Positions 38,439 through 50,962 of a DNA stretch of 64,000 nt are shown piece after piece. Under the pieces are notes generated by a model, which was given only the letters and a program-made list of their open reading frames with translations, did not search any database and had not been told where the DNA came from. This DNA is from a virus, in IMG/VR virus record IMGVR_UViG_3300001765_000052; one strand, 5' to 3'. The position numbers were made by a program, and so were the translations under genes. Each line of letters opens with the position of its first letter. Position 1 is the first letter of the stretch.

Positions 38439-39599
38439 TTATGGGGGATTTACTACAACTGGAGGATTAACAACTACAGGTGGAGTAACCGTTGGTACTA
38501 TTTGGACCACAGGGGGATTTACTACAACTGGAGGATTAACAACTACAGGTGGAGTAACCGTTGGTACTATTTGGACCACAGGTGTGATAACAGGTGTCGG
38601 TGTAGTCGTCGTTGTAAATGCCCCAGAGCCTAATGTGCCTGTGCCACTTAAACTACTAAATGTTCCGCTACCTAATACACCAGTTCCTGATAATGTGTTT
38701 GTTGTAGTTGTATTGGTAGTAGTTGTATTATTAGTTATATTAGGTGCCGGTACGCCGCCACTATTAGCTACACTGGCTAGTGCATTTGATCCAGCTGTAC
38801 TAATTGAACTCATACCAGCTACACTAGTATTAGCTACACTTGTTAGCGCCGTAGTACCTGCTACAGTTGTAGTAGTTAAAGCTGTATTTCCAGATTTTAC
38901 TATTTCAGTAGTAGCTAAATTATTAGATTTAGCTACTTCGGTTAATGCAACAGTTCCAGCTGTGGCTACATTTGTTAAAGCATTATATCCGACACCAGAT
39001 ACTGTTGCTAATGTTGAACTATTTGAAATAGCCAAATTAGTTAAGGAAGTGTTTCCAGATGTAGCTATATTAGCTAAAGAAGTATTCCCGGATGTAGCTA
39101 TATTAGTCATGCCAGTAGCACCAGTTTGTGCAGTGGCAGATATGCTTTGGCCCATATTTGCAAATGTATTATTTGTCGATTGGGCAACAGAAGCTGCATT
39201 ATTACTACTATTTATAGCAACATCGGAACTCTTTTTAATACTGTATAATTGTGTTACACCTGGTATAACAACACTAGCCCATCTTAAAAGTGTTTCACCT
39301 ACCGGAGTGGGTGCCGCAATTTGGACAGCTTGTTGTTGAGGTTGTTGGTTATTCTGGTTAAGATTTTGCATAGCCATCACTGTAGCTATTTTAGCAGTAT
39401 TATCTCCACTAACTGCTATTGCAGAGTAAGCATTATATCTAGCTATGTCAGCTAAAGACTTTGCTTTAGCTTGCTCTTCAATCGATTTATTATTAGAATC
39501 TATAATGCTTTTTTGCATGTTTATATATAACTCATAGTCATTAGTAGCACAACCAGTTAATAATAAAGCTGTAATAATACTTATTTTTTTCATATACAA
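38439..39599 (-). CDS. lipoprotein with low-complexity Thr/Ala/Asn repeats and a Pro/Val tail
   Basis: Lipobox LLTGC, repeated IATSGNTSL units and a 23-aa tandem duplication. Confidence 0.85.
   Translation of the reverse strand: MYMKKISIITALLLTGCATNDYELYINMQKSIIDSNNKSIEEQAKAKSLADIARYNAYSAIAVSGDNTAKIATVMAMQNLNQNNQQPQQQAVQIAAPTPVGETLLRWASVVIPGVTQLYSIKKSSDVAINSSNNAASVAQSTNNTFANMGQSISATAQTGATGMTNIATSGNTSLANIATSGNTSLTNLAISNSSTLATVSGVGYNALTNVATAGTVALTEVAKSNNLATTEIVKSGNTALTTTTVAGTTALTSVANTSVAGMSSISTAGSNALASVANSGGVPAPNITNNTTTTNTTTTNTLSGTGVLGSGTFSSLSGTGTLGSGAFTTTTTPTPVITPVVQIVPTVTPPVVVNPPVVVNPPVVQIVPTVTPPVVVNPPVVVNPP
38443..38582. repeat. 69-bp exact tandem duplication within the lipoprotein gene
   Basis: gggggatttactacaactggagg...tatttggaccaca at 38443 and 38512. 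Confidence 0.9.
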
Positions 39600-39704
39600 T
39601 CCTTTTTAAAATTTCAAATTAATTTCATATCATTTGTAATCTTTTATGATCACATATTACTAATATGTGAAACAGTAATAACAATTTACAATTTATAAAA
39701 TACC

Positions 39705-42103
<2,399 letters not shown>

Positions 42104-42124
42104 TTTTTAAACAAAGGAGTTATT

Positions 42125-42757
42125 ATGTTAGACGGTTTTTCTGAGTTGAATACACTTGGCAGTGATTATTATCCAGCAGTATATGCTTTATTATTTGATA
42201 AATCTAATAAAACATATGTGGGTGTTACATCTAATGCATATCGTTTACAACACTCTATCAAGTCATGGTTTAAGTATGATTATGGATTCAGTATGGCTGT
42301 ATTAAATGAACATAAAAAGAATAGAAAATATAAATTTCTGGTATATAAAGCAAAAAGTTTTGAAGAAGCCAATATAATTAAAAACACTATCCTTAATGTT
42401 TACAAAGGTAGTGAGTGGTTGTTAAATAGACGATTATGCGATAATATTATTAAACGTACAACCATTCACCTAGTTGATTGCCAGTCTACCTATAAAGTGA
42501 ATACAACATATTCACTAAAAACTACACTCACACTCAAGGAACTCCAGGCTGAAAAATCTGTACTCTTGGCTCAAATGGATGAAAAAATTGAAGCAGCACG
42601 ACTTTCTGAGCTTCCAGACGCTTTGCGACAGGCTCGTGAACTCATCAGTGTCTTTGGGTTTACTTCAGCCGACTTGTTTCAAAGCGAGAGTTTAATTGCA
42701 GTGACTGGTATTGATTCATCAAACTCTGATTACCGCGTCTCCCAGGTGTATCATTAA
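42125..42757 (+). CDS. GIY-YIG-like domain fused to an H-NS-type oligomerisation domain
   Basis: AVY..(K)TYVG.T.N at the N-terminus and TLKELQAEK..L..QMDEKIEAAR..E...A..QARELISVFGFT..DLF at the C-terminus. Confidence 0.6.
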   Translation: MLDGFSELNTLGSDYYPAVYALLFDKSNKTYVGVTSNAYRLQHSIKSWFKYDYGFSMAVLNEHKKNRKYKFLVYKAKSFEEANIIKNTILNVYKGSEWLLNRRLCDNIIKRTTIHLVDCQSTYKVNTTYSLKTTLTLKELQAEKSVLLAQMDEKIEAARLSELPDALRQARELISVFGFTSADLFQSESLIAVTGIDSSNSDYRVSQVYH

Positions 42758-42815
42758 TTAGTAACTAAAAATAAACAAACTACCTGTAAATAATTTTTAC
42801 AGGTAGTAAAAATAT

Positions 42816-43418
42816 ATGAAAAAAAGAAATGATTATGTAAGCTTCCTAATTTATAATGATTTAATTAATATAATAATAAATACATTATTTTATCAATATG
42901 ATTTAATGTTTGTTAAAAAGTACAATATTCAAAAAAGCTACCCACATGTTACAAAATTAACTACAATAGATCAATTTGAGGATAAATTAACTGTTTGTTT
43001 TAAATTAGATGAATTCTCTAATTTGTATTTAAGTTTAGAAACTAACGGGGATATAATAGAGTGCGGTAAAAATGTTTTTAGTTTAAGTGGCAAAAAACCA
43101 GAAGAAGTAAATAACTTCATTAACTTCTCTATATCACATATTATCAGTTATTATATTGAACCCAGATTAGGTATTAAAAGTGAATACCCTCGATACATAA
43201 AGCCTAACATAATAAGTTCCGATGTAGGTTTTATGAAAAAAATAAGTGATATTAGAGAAGAGGGTGAGATGTATAAATATATCATAATGTTTGAAGATAA
43301 TACTCATCATACTGTATTGACTGATTCAAAAATTAAAAGTAATATAAAAAGGGGTGATTATGGTTTTCTAGACGAATTAAATAGTTTTAATTTTGTTTCT
43401 AAAGAATCAATCAATTAA
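42816..43418 (+). CDS. hypothetical protein
   Basis: 200-aa ORF. Confidence 0.7.
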   Translation: MKKRNDYVSFLIYNDLINIIINTLFYQYDLMFVKKYNIQKSYPHVTKLTTIDQFEDKLTVCFKLDEFSNLYLSLETNGDIIECGKNVFSLSGKKPEEVNNFINFSISHIISYYIEPRLGIKSEYPRYIKPNIISSDVGFMKKISDIREEGEMYKYIIMFEDNTHHTVLTDSKIKSNIKRGDYGFLDELNSFNFVSKESIN

Positions 43419-43437
43419 TTAATTATTGGAGATAAAT

Positions 43438-44220
43438 ATGATTTTGGCCGATAAACAAATTGCTAGATTATGCGAAGTACCTAAATATGTAATCACTAAA
43501 GTTACACCTGTAGTTCAAGAAGTTGATGACGGTGAAGGTATTTTAGTAAAAAAAATAGTGCACAATATAACTTATGAATATTCAAATTTAACAACTAAAG
43601 AAATAGTAGAATTTTACAGCAATAATAGTAATAAAACATTTACAATTAAAGAAATAAGAGAACTTACTGAAGAGGAAATGCTTCAACAAAAACCAATGAT
43701 TTATCCTTTTTCCAATGAACAGGTAAACGAAAATATACATGAGGACGGTACAGTCGAAAAGATAATTTCTTATGGACTTGGGCCATATTCTTATGATGTA
43801 TCTTTGGCAACAGAGTTTAAAATATTTACAAGCAAAGAAGATATTATTATTGATCCTAAAGATTTCAAAGAAAATATCTTTGAAACGATAAAAACAGATA
43901 CATGTATAGTTCCACCAAATGGTTTTGTGTTAGGCAGGTCAAATGAATACTTTAATATGCCTCCTGTCATTACTGGTATTCTAATAAGTAAATCAACTTA
44001 TTCCAGATCTGGTTTAAATATGTTTGCATCTGTAATTCAGTGTGGTTTCAAAGGAAATGTTGTATTGGAATTTGCCAATACAACTCCATATCCAATCAAA
44101 CTTTATGCTAATGAAGGATGTGCACAAGTAGTATTTTATAGAGGCGAAACTGCTTCTAAAATGAATTATTCCCAGGGCCGATATAGTAATCAAACAGGAA
44201 TACAATTACCTTTTGTTTAA
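43438..44220 (+). CDS. dcd: dCTP deaminase with an N-terminal insertion
   Basis: ISYGLG.YSYDV, VPPNGFVLGRS.EYF.MP, KSTYSRSG and YANEG.AQ motifs. ATG 43438 follows GGAG. Confidence 0.92.
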   Translation: MILADKQIARLCEVPKYVITKVTPVVQEVDDGEGILVKKIVHNITYEYSNLTTKEIVEFYSNNSNKTFTIKEIRELTEEEMLQQKPMIYPFSNEQVNENIHEDGTVEKIISYGLGPYSYDVSLATEFKIFTSKEDIIIDPKDFKENIFETIKTDTCIVPPNGFVLGRSNEYFNMPPVITGILISKSTYSRSGLNMFASVIQCGFKGNVVLEFANTTPYPIKLYANEGCAQVVFYRGETASKMNYSQGRYSNQTGIQLPFV

Positions 44221-44230
44221 GGATTAAATT

Positions 44231-44449
44231 ATGACCGATAATAAAGAAGAGTTATGTCCTAATTGCGGAGAACCAGGTAAACACTATATAGAGGAAAGTA
44301 ATTTCATGGGAGGTTTTTGGACATGTAATAAATATTACGGTCCGGATGGTATACGTTTGAAAGAACACACAATAATTACAGATAATTTATTTCAAGCTAA
44401 TATATTAAATATTATGTTTGGTTTTAATAATGATAAAACAAACAGATGA
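44231..44449 (+). CDS. hypothetical protein with CPNCG motif
   Basis: AAGGA SD. Confidence 0.65.
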   Translation: MTDNKEELCPNCGEPGKHYIEESNFMGGFWTCNKYYGPDGIRLKEHTIITDNLFQANILNIMFGFNNDKTNR

Positions 44450-44684
44450 TATAGTTGAACTTATTGTAGCGTTACATAGAAAGCTACTTAATATTAATTC
44501 AGATATCAGATTTTTACGAAAACAAAAATATCATAAATCAATAGATTTAATAGAATTAATAGAGAAGAGAAAAAAAATTGACTCTACATTAAGTTTAACA
44601 AAAAAATTAATTAACCATCACACATCGGATGATGACTGTTATAAATTATATGCGCAATACCTTAATGTGTACAAATCCACTTAA
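44430..44684 (+). CDS. hypothetical protein
   Basis: ORF in the operon. Confidence 0.55.
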   Translation: MIKQTDDIVELIVALHRKLLNINSDIRFLRKQKYHKSIDLIELIEKRKKIDSTLSLTKKLINHHTSDDDCYKLYAQYLNVYKST

Positions 44685-44690
44685 ATTAAA

Positions 44691-44930
44691 ATGACAATCA
44701 CTTATACCTACTTGGAACAAATTACCAAAAAATTTAAAATTAGCGATGCAATTAATGCAGCTAAATTTATTCTTCGGGATAAATATAATATTAATCCAGC
44801 TGATATATGTTTGCAACATATAACATCAAACAAAATGAAATTGTTTACACCTATTACTGTTATTGAGTTAAATGAAATATCTGATAAAATAGTGTCGCAA
44901 ACTAAACAGCTTAGGGGGATTAAATATTGA
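44691..44930 (+). CDS. hypothetical protein
   Basis: ORF in the operon. Confidence 0.55.
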   Translation: MTITYTYLEQITKKFKISDAINAAKFILRDKYNINPADICLQHITSNKMKLFTPITVIELNEISDKIVSQTKQLRGIKY

Positions 44931-45020
44931 TTTTAAATTAAATTGATCACATATTACTAATTTGGATATATTAACATAACTTATTATGTTAAAAGGCTTA
45001 TAAGACACGCCTAATCCAAG

Positions 45021-45977
45021 TTGTCTAATTATATCGACATCAATATGTACACTAGTTTGAACAATGTAAATCCAGGCAAGGGTGATCTGGATATTTTTAC
45101 AACTAAACAGAAAAGCGATAACGATGAGATTATCTCGTTGTATATCACTCCGTACAAACAATTTTATCTAATCAATGTGACACCAAGGTTTATTGATAAT
45201 AAAGTAGAGAATATAAAAACTAAAACACATCTTACTTCAAAAGAAGGATTTGATTGGATCGAAGAAAACTGTCCTGAACATGAAGACACTGTTATTGGTA
45301 TCATTAATGATAAAAAATCTACGGTCGATAAAGTTATAAAAGATAATATATCGGGAGCATGCGATATTTTTACAATTATTAAAAATAATCCAAATTGTTC
45401 TAATGATTATGTGTGCGGTGTTTCAAAGAAAACAATAAAATATACACGCACAGCTATTTCAAATCTTATTAGCAATGGATTGGTTGTCAGAGTAAATGGT
45501 TTATTGACTGCTGTCAGTGATATTTATTTGCCAAAAGCTAAATATGCTAAGCATTTAAAAAATGTTAAAGCAAAACTAAATCAATTACCGGTTAAAATTG
45601 AAAAGGTAGAAATAATGGATAATGTTAAGAAATTAAATGAAATTAACATAGAAATTGATAAATTAAAAAACATGGAAAAAATTATAGAAAAAGAACAAGT
45701 TGAAAAAGTACAAGAGCCTTCAGAAGTTATTACATTGTTTGGCAATAATTTAGAAATTCTAAAAAATTACCAGCAATACTTAACTCAACAATTTGGATTT
45801 GAGCCTACGTATATGCAAACAATAGAAAATATTCTAGGTAATATTCATAGATTTATACCTCAGCATTTAAAGGGTGCACCAAGTATGGCACCTGGGGTTT
45901 CATCTCAGGCATTTATAAATCCAAATTATTTTCCACAGCCTCCACAGTCAAGTTTTATACACATGAATCCTCGGTAA
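45021..45977 (+). CDS. hypothetical protein with winged-helix-like domain
   Basis: IFTIIKNNPNCS...ISNLISNGLV. Start position uncertain. Confidence 0.6.
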   Translation: MSNYIDINMYTSLNNVNPGKGDLDIFTTKQKSDNDEIISLYITPYKQFYLINVTPRFIDNKVENIKTKTHLTSKEGFDWIEENCPEHEDTVIGIINDKKSTVDKVIKDNISGACDIFTIIKNNPNCSNDYVCGVSKKTIKYTRTAISNLISNGLVVRVNGLLTAVSDIYLPKAKYAKHLKNVKAKLNQLPVKIEKVEIMDNVKKLNEINIEIDKLKNMEKIIEKEQVEKVQEPSEVITLFGNNLEILKNYQQYLTQQFGFEPTYMQTIENILGNIHRFIPQHLKGAPSMAPGVSSQAFINPNYFPQPPQSSFIHMNPR

Positions 45978-46000
45978 ATCTAATTAACATTAAAAAGGAA

Positions 46001-46600
46001 ATGAAAATGAAAAATAACCCTAAACAAAAAGACGATATCCGGTTGCATCACCATGTAGTTTACGAGTACATCAAAAGTAACCCTGGAGTTTGTAAAGGAT
46101 GCATAGCTGAAAATTTTAACTTCTGTGTCATGCCCGTTCTAGATGATCTCCTGGAAGAAGGTGCAATTACTGTATCGGATGAAGGTTCGTTTACAGTAAA
46201 CTATGCTGGTTTTAAATATTCAAAAGAGGCAGTTATTAAAATTGTCGATGATGATTATAAGCCCATGAAATTTAAACAGCAAACGGTTAAAACTGAACCC
46301 AGTAAGCCATGGTCAGAAATGACCCACAAAGAAAGGATCATGGATGCCGAGTTGAAAGCCAAAGCTTTGAGGAAGTCATCACACACAACAATTAAGACGG
46401 ATAAGATCTTATTAGATGAACAGCTTTCCAAACAAACCGGTGAGCAAATGCAGTCACCTCCAAACGATCGTATTGAATTGTCTATAAAAGAATATAATCA
46501 AATCAATGAACTTAAGCATCGTTTTGCGGAAGGTTTTGGAGTTGAGTTAACGACTGAACAAGTTATCAAACGTGCGCTTTGGTTTGCTATGATGCATTGA
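46001..46600 (+). CDS. hypothetical protein with winged-helix-like domain
   Basis: VYEYIKSNPG...IAE...LDDLLEEGAI. Confidence 0.65.
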   Translation: MKMKNNPKQKDDIRLHHHVVYEYIKSNPGVCKGCIAENFNFCVMPVLDDLLEEGAITVSDEGSFTVNYAGFKYSKEAVIKIVDDDYKPMKFKQQTVKTEPSKPWSEMTHKERIMDAELKAKALRKSSHTTIKTDKILLDEQLSKQTGEQMQSPPNDRIELSIKEYNQINELKHRFAEGFGVELTTEQVIKRALWFAMMH

Positions 46601-46615
46601 AGTAAACAACATAAT

Positions 46616-46647
46616 ACCTAAACTACTCTTAATTGAGTAGTTTAGGT
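46616..46647. terminator. hairpin terminator
   Basis: acctaaactactc-ttaatt-gagtagtttaggt. Confidence 0.7.
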
Positions 46648-46669
46648 AAATATGATTTTTTTTTTTATT

Positions 46670-47430
46670 TTACCAAGATAAAAATGCAGGTTTTAGTTCT
46701 GGTTCTTTTAACATTCTCCAAAATTTATCACCTGTTCGTTTACCTGTTATTATTTCAGTTCTTTTAAAACCACATTTTTCAAACGTAGCCAGGCTAGCCG
46801 CATTATGTGGCTCAATAAAAGCTAAACCATATTCCTTATCAGAAAAGAATTCACTAACTGCTTTACTAGCTAAACCTTTTTTTCTATATTGCGGTAATAT
46901 ATAAATAGCCCCAGTTCTCCAATACATTCTTTTTTTGTATTCAGTTTGTCTAGGTGTATAGAATCCAGCTATTACTTTACCATAGTAAATAGGTACTCTG
47001 GTCTTATTTTTATCAACTTCAATAATGTCATTTAAAAATGGATCGTTATCGGCTTGTTGTAATATTTCTAATGGAATAGTTTCTTTATAATTCTCTAAAG
47101 AAGTATTTATTTCTCCAGATATAAATAACTCTTTACTTATTCGTAAATAAGGTAATTTTTTTACATTTAAACTTACTGCTTTTTTTAATCGATGAAACCC
47201 ATCGACAACTAGTTCTTTACTATAAAATTTTGTTACTAATAGGGGCGCAGTTAAATCAACATTATTAGTTCTAATTTTATCTTCTGCACTATTATCGTTA
47301 TCATATTCCAATACCCATTTTATTAAATCCACATCGATTTCTAATATAGGTTGATTATGTGTTTGTTTCCAAAAATAATTTAAATCGTAAATTTTACCTT
47401 TACTTTTAAAAGTGCTATTTTCTTCTTGAT
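46670..47430 (-). CDS. ParB/Srx-like domain fused to a GNAT acetyltransferase
   Basis: PLLV..VVDGFHRL.KA (ParB/Srx) and IYILPQYRKKGLA..N.AS...FEKCGF (GNAT). The frame is open about 100 nt upstream of the called GTG, so the start is uncertain. Confidence 0.75.
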
Positions 47431-47828
47431 ATACTAAGTTTAGCCAGTAAATCTAATATAGCTTCTTTTTGAGAATCTATTAAAATGAAATGTTCTTTAG
47501 GTGGTTGTGAAGGTGTATTTTTATCAACCTCCCATACTTCTTTACACCATTTCAAATCCACCGGATCTATAACACCATCAGGTACACCAAACTTTAAAAA
47601 AACTTTTTGTTTATCTTTAGGCATGTACTGATACCTACTGCAACCACGAGAATGTGCAATATATAGATCAGCATCGAGTTTAGGTAATGTTTTATCATCA
47701 CCATTATCAAACTCTACTTTATCGACACCGTTTTCTTTTAAAAACAATTCAATGTCTTTGTAATACTTCCTAGCTATATCATTATTAATATAACTAGGGT
47801 TACCTTTGATGATAATTGCTTTTACCAT
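47415..47828 (-). CDS. hypothetical protein (small alpha/beta-hydrolase-like)
   Basis: IAHSRG nucleophile-elbow-like motif. Confidence 0.6.
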   Translation of the reverse strand: MVKAIIIKGNPSYINNDIARKYYKDIELFLKENGVDKVEFDNGDDKTLPKLDADLYIAHSRGCSRYQYMPKDKQKVFLKFGVPDGVIDPVDLKWCKEVWEVDKNTPSQPPKEHFILIDSQKEAILDLLAKLSISRRK

Positions 47829-48571
47829 TTTAAGTACTCCGGTGCTAATGTTGCATAAGAGAGTAAAGCAGCCGATTGATTCTTAGCTTCAGTGTATTCC
47901 CCAGTATTGCATTTTCTAATAATGAAATCAGATTCATTATCAACACTTCTTGTATCATGTGATTTAAATATTATATCAGCTTTATAGTAACCTGCTGGTA
48001 ATACATTATTTTTACTAAATCTTAATCCATTAGTACATGTGTGAGATATATAAGCACTAATTGTTTTAATAGGTTCTATGCTACTTCTATTTTGAGTTAA
48101 TATAGAACTAATAAATATTTTTCCTACTTCAATAGGTTTTACTTGTAAACTTTGTTTATTATAACTGACCAACCAATGTTCTAACGTTCTAGAAGAATCG
48201 TAAACTAGTTTATCGGTTGGCTTAATGCAATGTGTATACGGCATTTCACTAATAATGTATCCACCTTTAAATTGATCCTTACCTTTAGTTTTCATGTACA
48301 CTGAGGACAATACATCGGAATCTACTCTGGCATATCCAATTATGCAACCAACTAAATCGGGTGCCACGGTAATTCTAGCAGTAGTATCATTTTCACTAGG
48401 TGCTGCTGATGTAGGCATTCTAGGAATAAATGTTTTAGGTACATTTTTATCAATATGCAACATAACACCGCCTTCTTTAAAGCTTAGTATAGTTGAATTT
48501 TTTTGTACGATTGGTGATTGCATTAACAACCAATCACTGATATCTTTTCTATCTGCTTCTAAATTATCCAT
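47822..48571 (-). CDS. conserved jumbo-phage hypothetical protein
   Basis: FIPRMP..EN.T..RITVAP...C..GY. Ends in APEYLKW. Confidence 0.75.
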   Translation of the reverse strand: MDNLEADRKDISDWLLMQSPIVQKNSTILSFKEGGVMLHIDKNVPKTFIPRMPTSAAPSENDTTARITVAPDLVGCIIGYARVDSDVLSSVYMKTKGKDQFKGGYIISEMPYTHCIKPTDKLVYDSSRTLEHWLVSYNKQSLQVKPIEVGKIFISSILTQNRSSIEPIKTISAYISHTCTNGLRFSKNNVLPAGYYKADIIFKSHDTRSVDNESDFIIRKCNTGEYTEAKNQSAALLSYATLAPEYLKW

Positions 48572-48607
48572 TAAATTTCCTTTTGTTTTTAGTCATAAGA
48601 TTTGTAT

Positions 48608-48683
48608 TCTAGAATTTTTCAGTTATATATTATTTAATTGGAATTAGTTAATTACTTGTACTGTTGTACAGAAAGGTATATTT
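48608..48683 (+). promoter_or_regulatory. early-promoter and leader module
   Basis: tctagaatttttcagttatatatta..., CTGT/ACAG hairpin, then AAAGG. Confidence 0.65.
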
Positions 48684-49166
48684 ATGTTTGGGTATCTTTT
48701 GGCATTTGTTATGAAATTCGCAGCTGTCCTCACATCGGAAGGTGTGCGTATCAAAGACTTCCGGTTTGCCGGAAGTGATTGTGTGGAAATTTTCTTCTTT
48801 GAATCATATTGGAAGTTAGAAATTATTTACGATACAGACGAGAATGGTTTGATTAGTATTTACATTCATGACCCCAACAGTGAAGAATACAAATCAGTAT
48901 CGTTTATAATTGAACATGGATTATCTGTTGAACAGTTTACCACCGCATTTATAACATTAGTAGACATTGATAAATTTAAACCAGCAAAAAAGTATTTCTT
49001 TACTAAATTATGTAAGAAATGCGGCACTGTTTATTTCAAAAGAGAAATAAACAAGGTTGTGTACCAAAACCAATTGGATAATGATAATATCCAAGAAGTG
49101 TTTTCTAATTATGCACAAGAACAGTGCATTCAATTGGAAAGCACTTGTGAAAAGTGTTCTAGCTAA
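48684..49166 (+). CDS. hypothetical protein with C-terminal CxxC pairs
   Basis: Single + strand gene inside a - strand block, with its own promoter module. Confidence 0.75.
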   Translation: MFGYLLAFVMKFAAVLTSEGVRIKDFRFAGSDCVEIFFFESYWKLEIIYDTDENGLISIYIHDPNSEEYKSVSFIIEHGLSVEQFTTAFITLVDIDKFKPAKKYFFTKLCKKCGTVYFKREINKVVYQNQLDNDNIQEVFSNYAQEQCIQLESTCEKCSS

Positions 49167-49174
49167 TTATACCA

Positions 49175-49212
49175 TAGTACACGTACTCCCTTAATTGGGA
49201 GTACGTGTACTA
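49175..49212. terminator. bidirectional palindromic terminator
   Basis: tagtacacgtactccc-ttaatt-gggagtacgtgtacta. Confidence 0.8.
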
Positions 49213-49222
49213 CAAATATTTT

Positions 49223-50347
49223 TTAAATTTTTTGTGCTACTATAGTAACAATTAAACCTTTTATATCCGCATCAATTACAGCTGGAGCTTCAATAATATC
49301 AAAAGTGATTCTCTCGCCTTTGGCTACCATTGTATCAACCATATTAGGATTCGGTGTAGCGGAACTTGTAGATGAACCAGTCATAAAATCTATAAGCATA
49401 TATACACTATTAAAAATAGATACACCAGATACTTTTACATCTACCGTTAATTTTACGGCAGGGTCTGTAGTACTACCAAAATTACATACAAATGCATCTA
49501 TCCAGATATCTTTTATATCCATATCAAATGGTACTACAAAATATCCTTTATTTAAACTAGCGACACAGGTTTCATCAACAGCAGTTAACTGTGCGGTAAA
49601 CGGATAGGTTACAATTGGTGCAGGTGTACCAGCTGGTCCTTGAATACCTTGTGGTCCTTGAGGACCTTCAGCACCTGGTAAACCTTGAATACCCTGTGGA
49701 CCTGCTGGACCAGTATCACCTTGTGGACCTGGAATGTTTGACACACCATCAGCACCTGTTAAACCTTGAATACCCTGTAGACCCGTATCACCTTTAGGAC
49801 CTTGTGGACCTGGAATGTTTGACACACCATCAGCACCTTGAACACCTTGAGGACCATCTGGTCCAGGTATAATGGAATCTGCTCCAGGGATACCTTGAAT
49901 ACCTTGAACGCCTTGTGGTCCAGTTTCACCTTGAATACCCTGAGTACCCTGTGGACCTTGAGGACCTTCTACAGTTGAATCAGCACCCGCTGGGCCTTGT
50001 GGACCTGCTGGACCTGTAAGACCTTGTGGCCCAACTTCACCTTGAATACCTTGTGGACCTGCTACACCTTGAGCACCTTGGGGTCCTGGAACTAATGAAT
50101 CTAGACCTGTAGCACCTGTATCACCTTTAGGACCAGTAGCACCAGTAGTGCCAGTAGGTCCGACCAAACTAAGCAACCATTCTGCTTCAGTACCGATGAA
50201 ACCTTTAGATACAGCTAAATCGTATGCGTTTTTATAAGCAGGAATAATACTTACAGGGGCGCTTTTGCTAACACCACCTTGTACAATTTCAATAAGTTCA
50301 ACTCCAGTGAGTGAACTAGCAACAGGTAATTCTGATATTTTAGACAT
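49223..50347 (-). CDS. collagen-like (Gly-X-Y) fibre protein
   Basis: Long GPQG/GxQG repeats after 'AYDLAV..GFIGTEAEWL.SL.G'. Confidence 0.9.
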   Translation of the reverse strand: MSKISELPVASSLTGVELIEIVQGGVSKSAPVSIIPAYKNAYDLAVSKGFIGTEAEWLLSLVGPTGTTGATGPKGDTGATGLDSLVPGPQGAQGVAGPQGIQGEVGPQGLTGPAGPQGPAGADSTVEGPQGPQGTQGIQGETGPQGVQGIQGIPGADSIIPGPDGPQGVQGADGVSNIPGPQGPKGDTGLQGIQGLTGADGVSNIPGPQGDTGPAGPQGIQGLPGAEGPQGPQGIQGPAGTPAPIVTYPFTAQLTAVDETCVASLNKGYFVVPFDMDIKDIWIDAFVCNFGSTTDPAVKLTVDVKVSGVSIFNSVYMLIDFMTGSSTSSATPNPNMVDTMVAKGERITFDIIEAPAVIDADIKGLIVTIVAQKI

Positions 50348-50368
50348 GATTATCCATTCATAAAAAAG

Positions 50369-50899
50369 TTAATTAAGTTCTCGTGGTAGACCATTTTCAG
50401 TCAATCGCATCGATCCATTTTCAGTTGTTCTATATGCCGCAGGAACAATATAATTTATTGTCATACGTATATCATCACCAATCCAAGCTGGATTGCTAGG
50501 GCTTACTTTAAAACTAAAAGGACTAATTGGATTTAATACCGTTTTATCAACAATATCATCTTCAACTAAGCTCAGCTCAAATTCTCTATTTATATCATCC
50601 AATAGATCACTGACCTTTAGTGGAAATTGTCTATATGTTGTAAATGTTTTATTTCCAAGAATATCAGTTAGTTCTAATCTTCTATAAATATATCCTGATT
50701 CTTCTGCAGATATATCTTTATTTCCATCAGTGATATTTACGTTTACAAATGTATTTTCGTCGTTTGTAATATCTACTCGCATATCGAGCACCTTCGGTAC
50801 TCCTAATCTAATCTTATCCGCAGTGAATACAATATCATTAAAAATTGATATCTGATCCAATGCAATTAATTTAGATGATTTTTTAAAATTACTACTCAT
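50369..50899 (-). CDS. putative virion protein
   Basis: YRRLEL, IN.EF...L.EDD and AWIG motifs, C-terminal RxTENG repeats, adjacent to the fibre gene. Confidence 0.6.
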   Translation of the reverse strand: MSSNFKKSSKLIALDQISIFNDIVFTADKIRLGVPKVLDMRVDITNDENTFVNVNITDGNKDISAEESGYIYRRLELTDILGNKTFTTYRQFPLKVSDLLDDINREFELSLVEDDIVDKTVLNPISPFSFKVSPSNPAWIGDDIRMTINYIVPAAYRTTENGSMRLTENGLPRELN

Positions 50900-50962
50900 C
50901 TATAATTCCTTTAAAATATTAATATAGAGCCCTATATTATTTATCATTCACAAGATTTGTAT

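Noticed and set aside
38443-38582. 69-bp repeat as a DGR template and variable pair
   Set aside because: The copies are identical, adjacent and in frame, with no adenine-specific differences and no reverse transcriptase in the window.
38584-39339. 251-aa + strand ORF
   Set aside because: Antisense shadow of the low-complexity lipoprotein gene, which has the lipobox and SD.
49560-50170. Repetitive GC-rich DNA as a mobile or regulatory repeat
   Set aside because: Explained by Gly-X-Y collagen coding on the minus strand.
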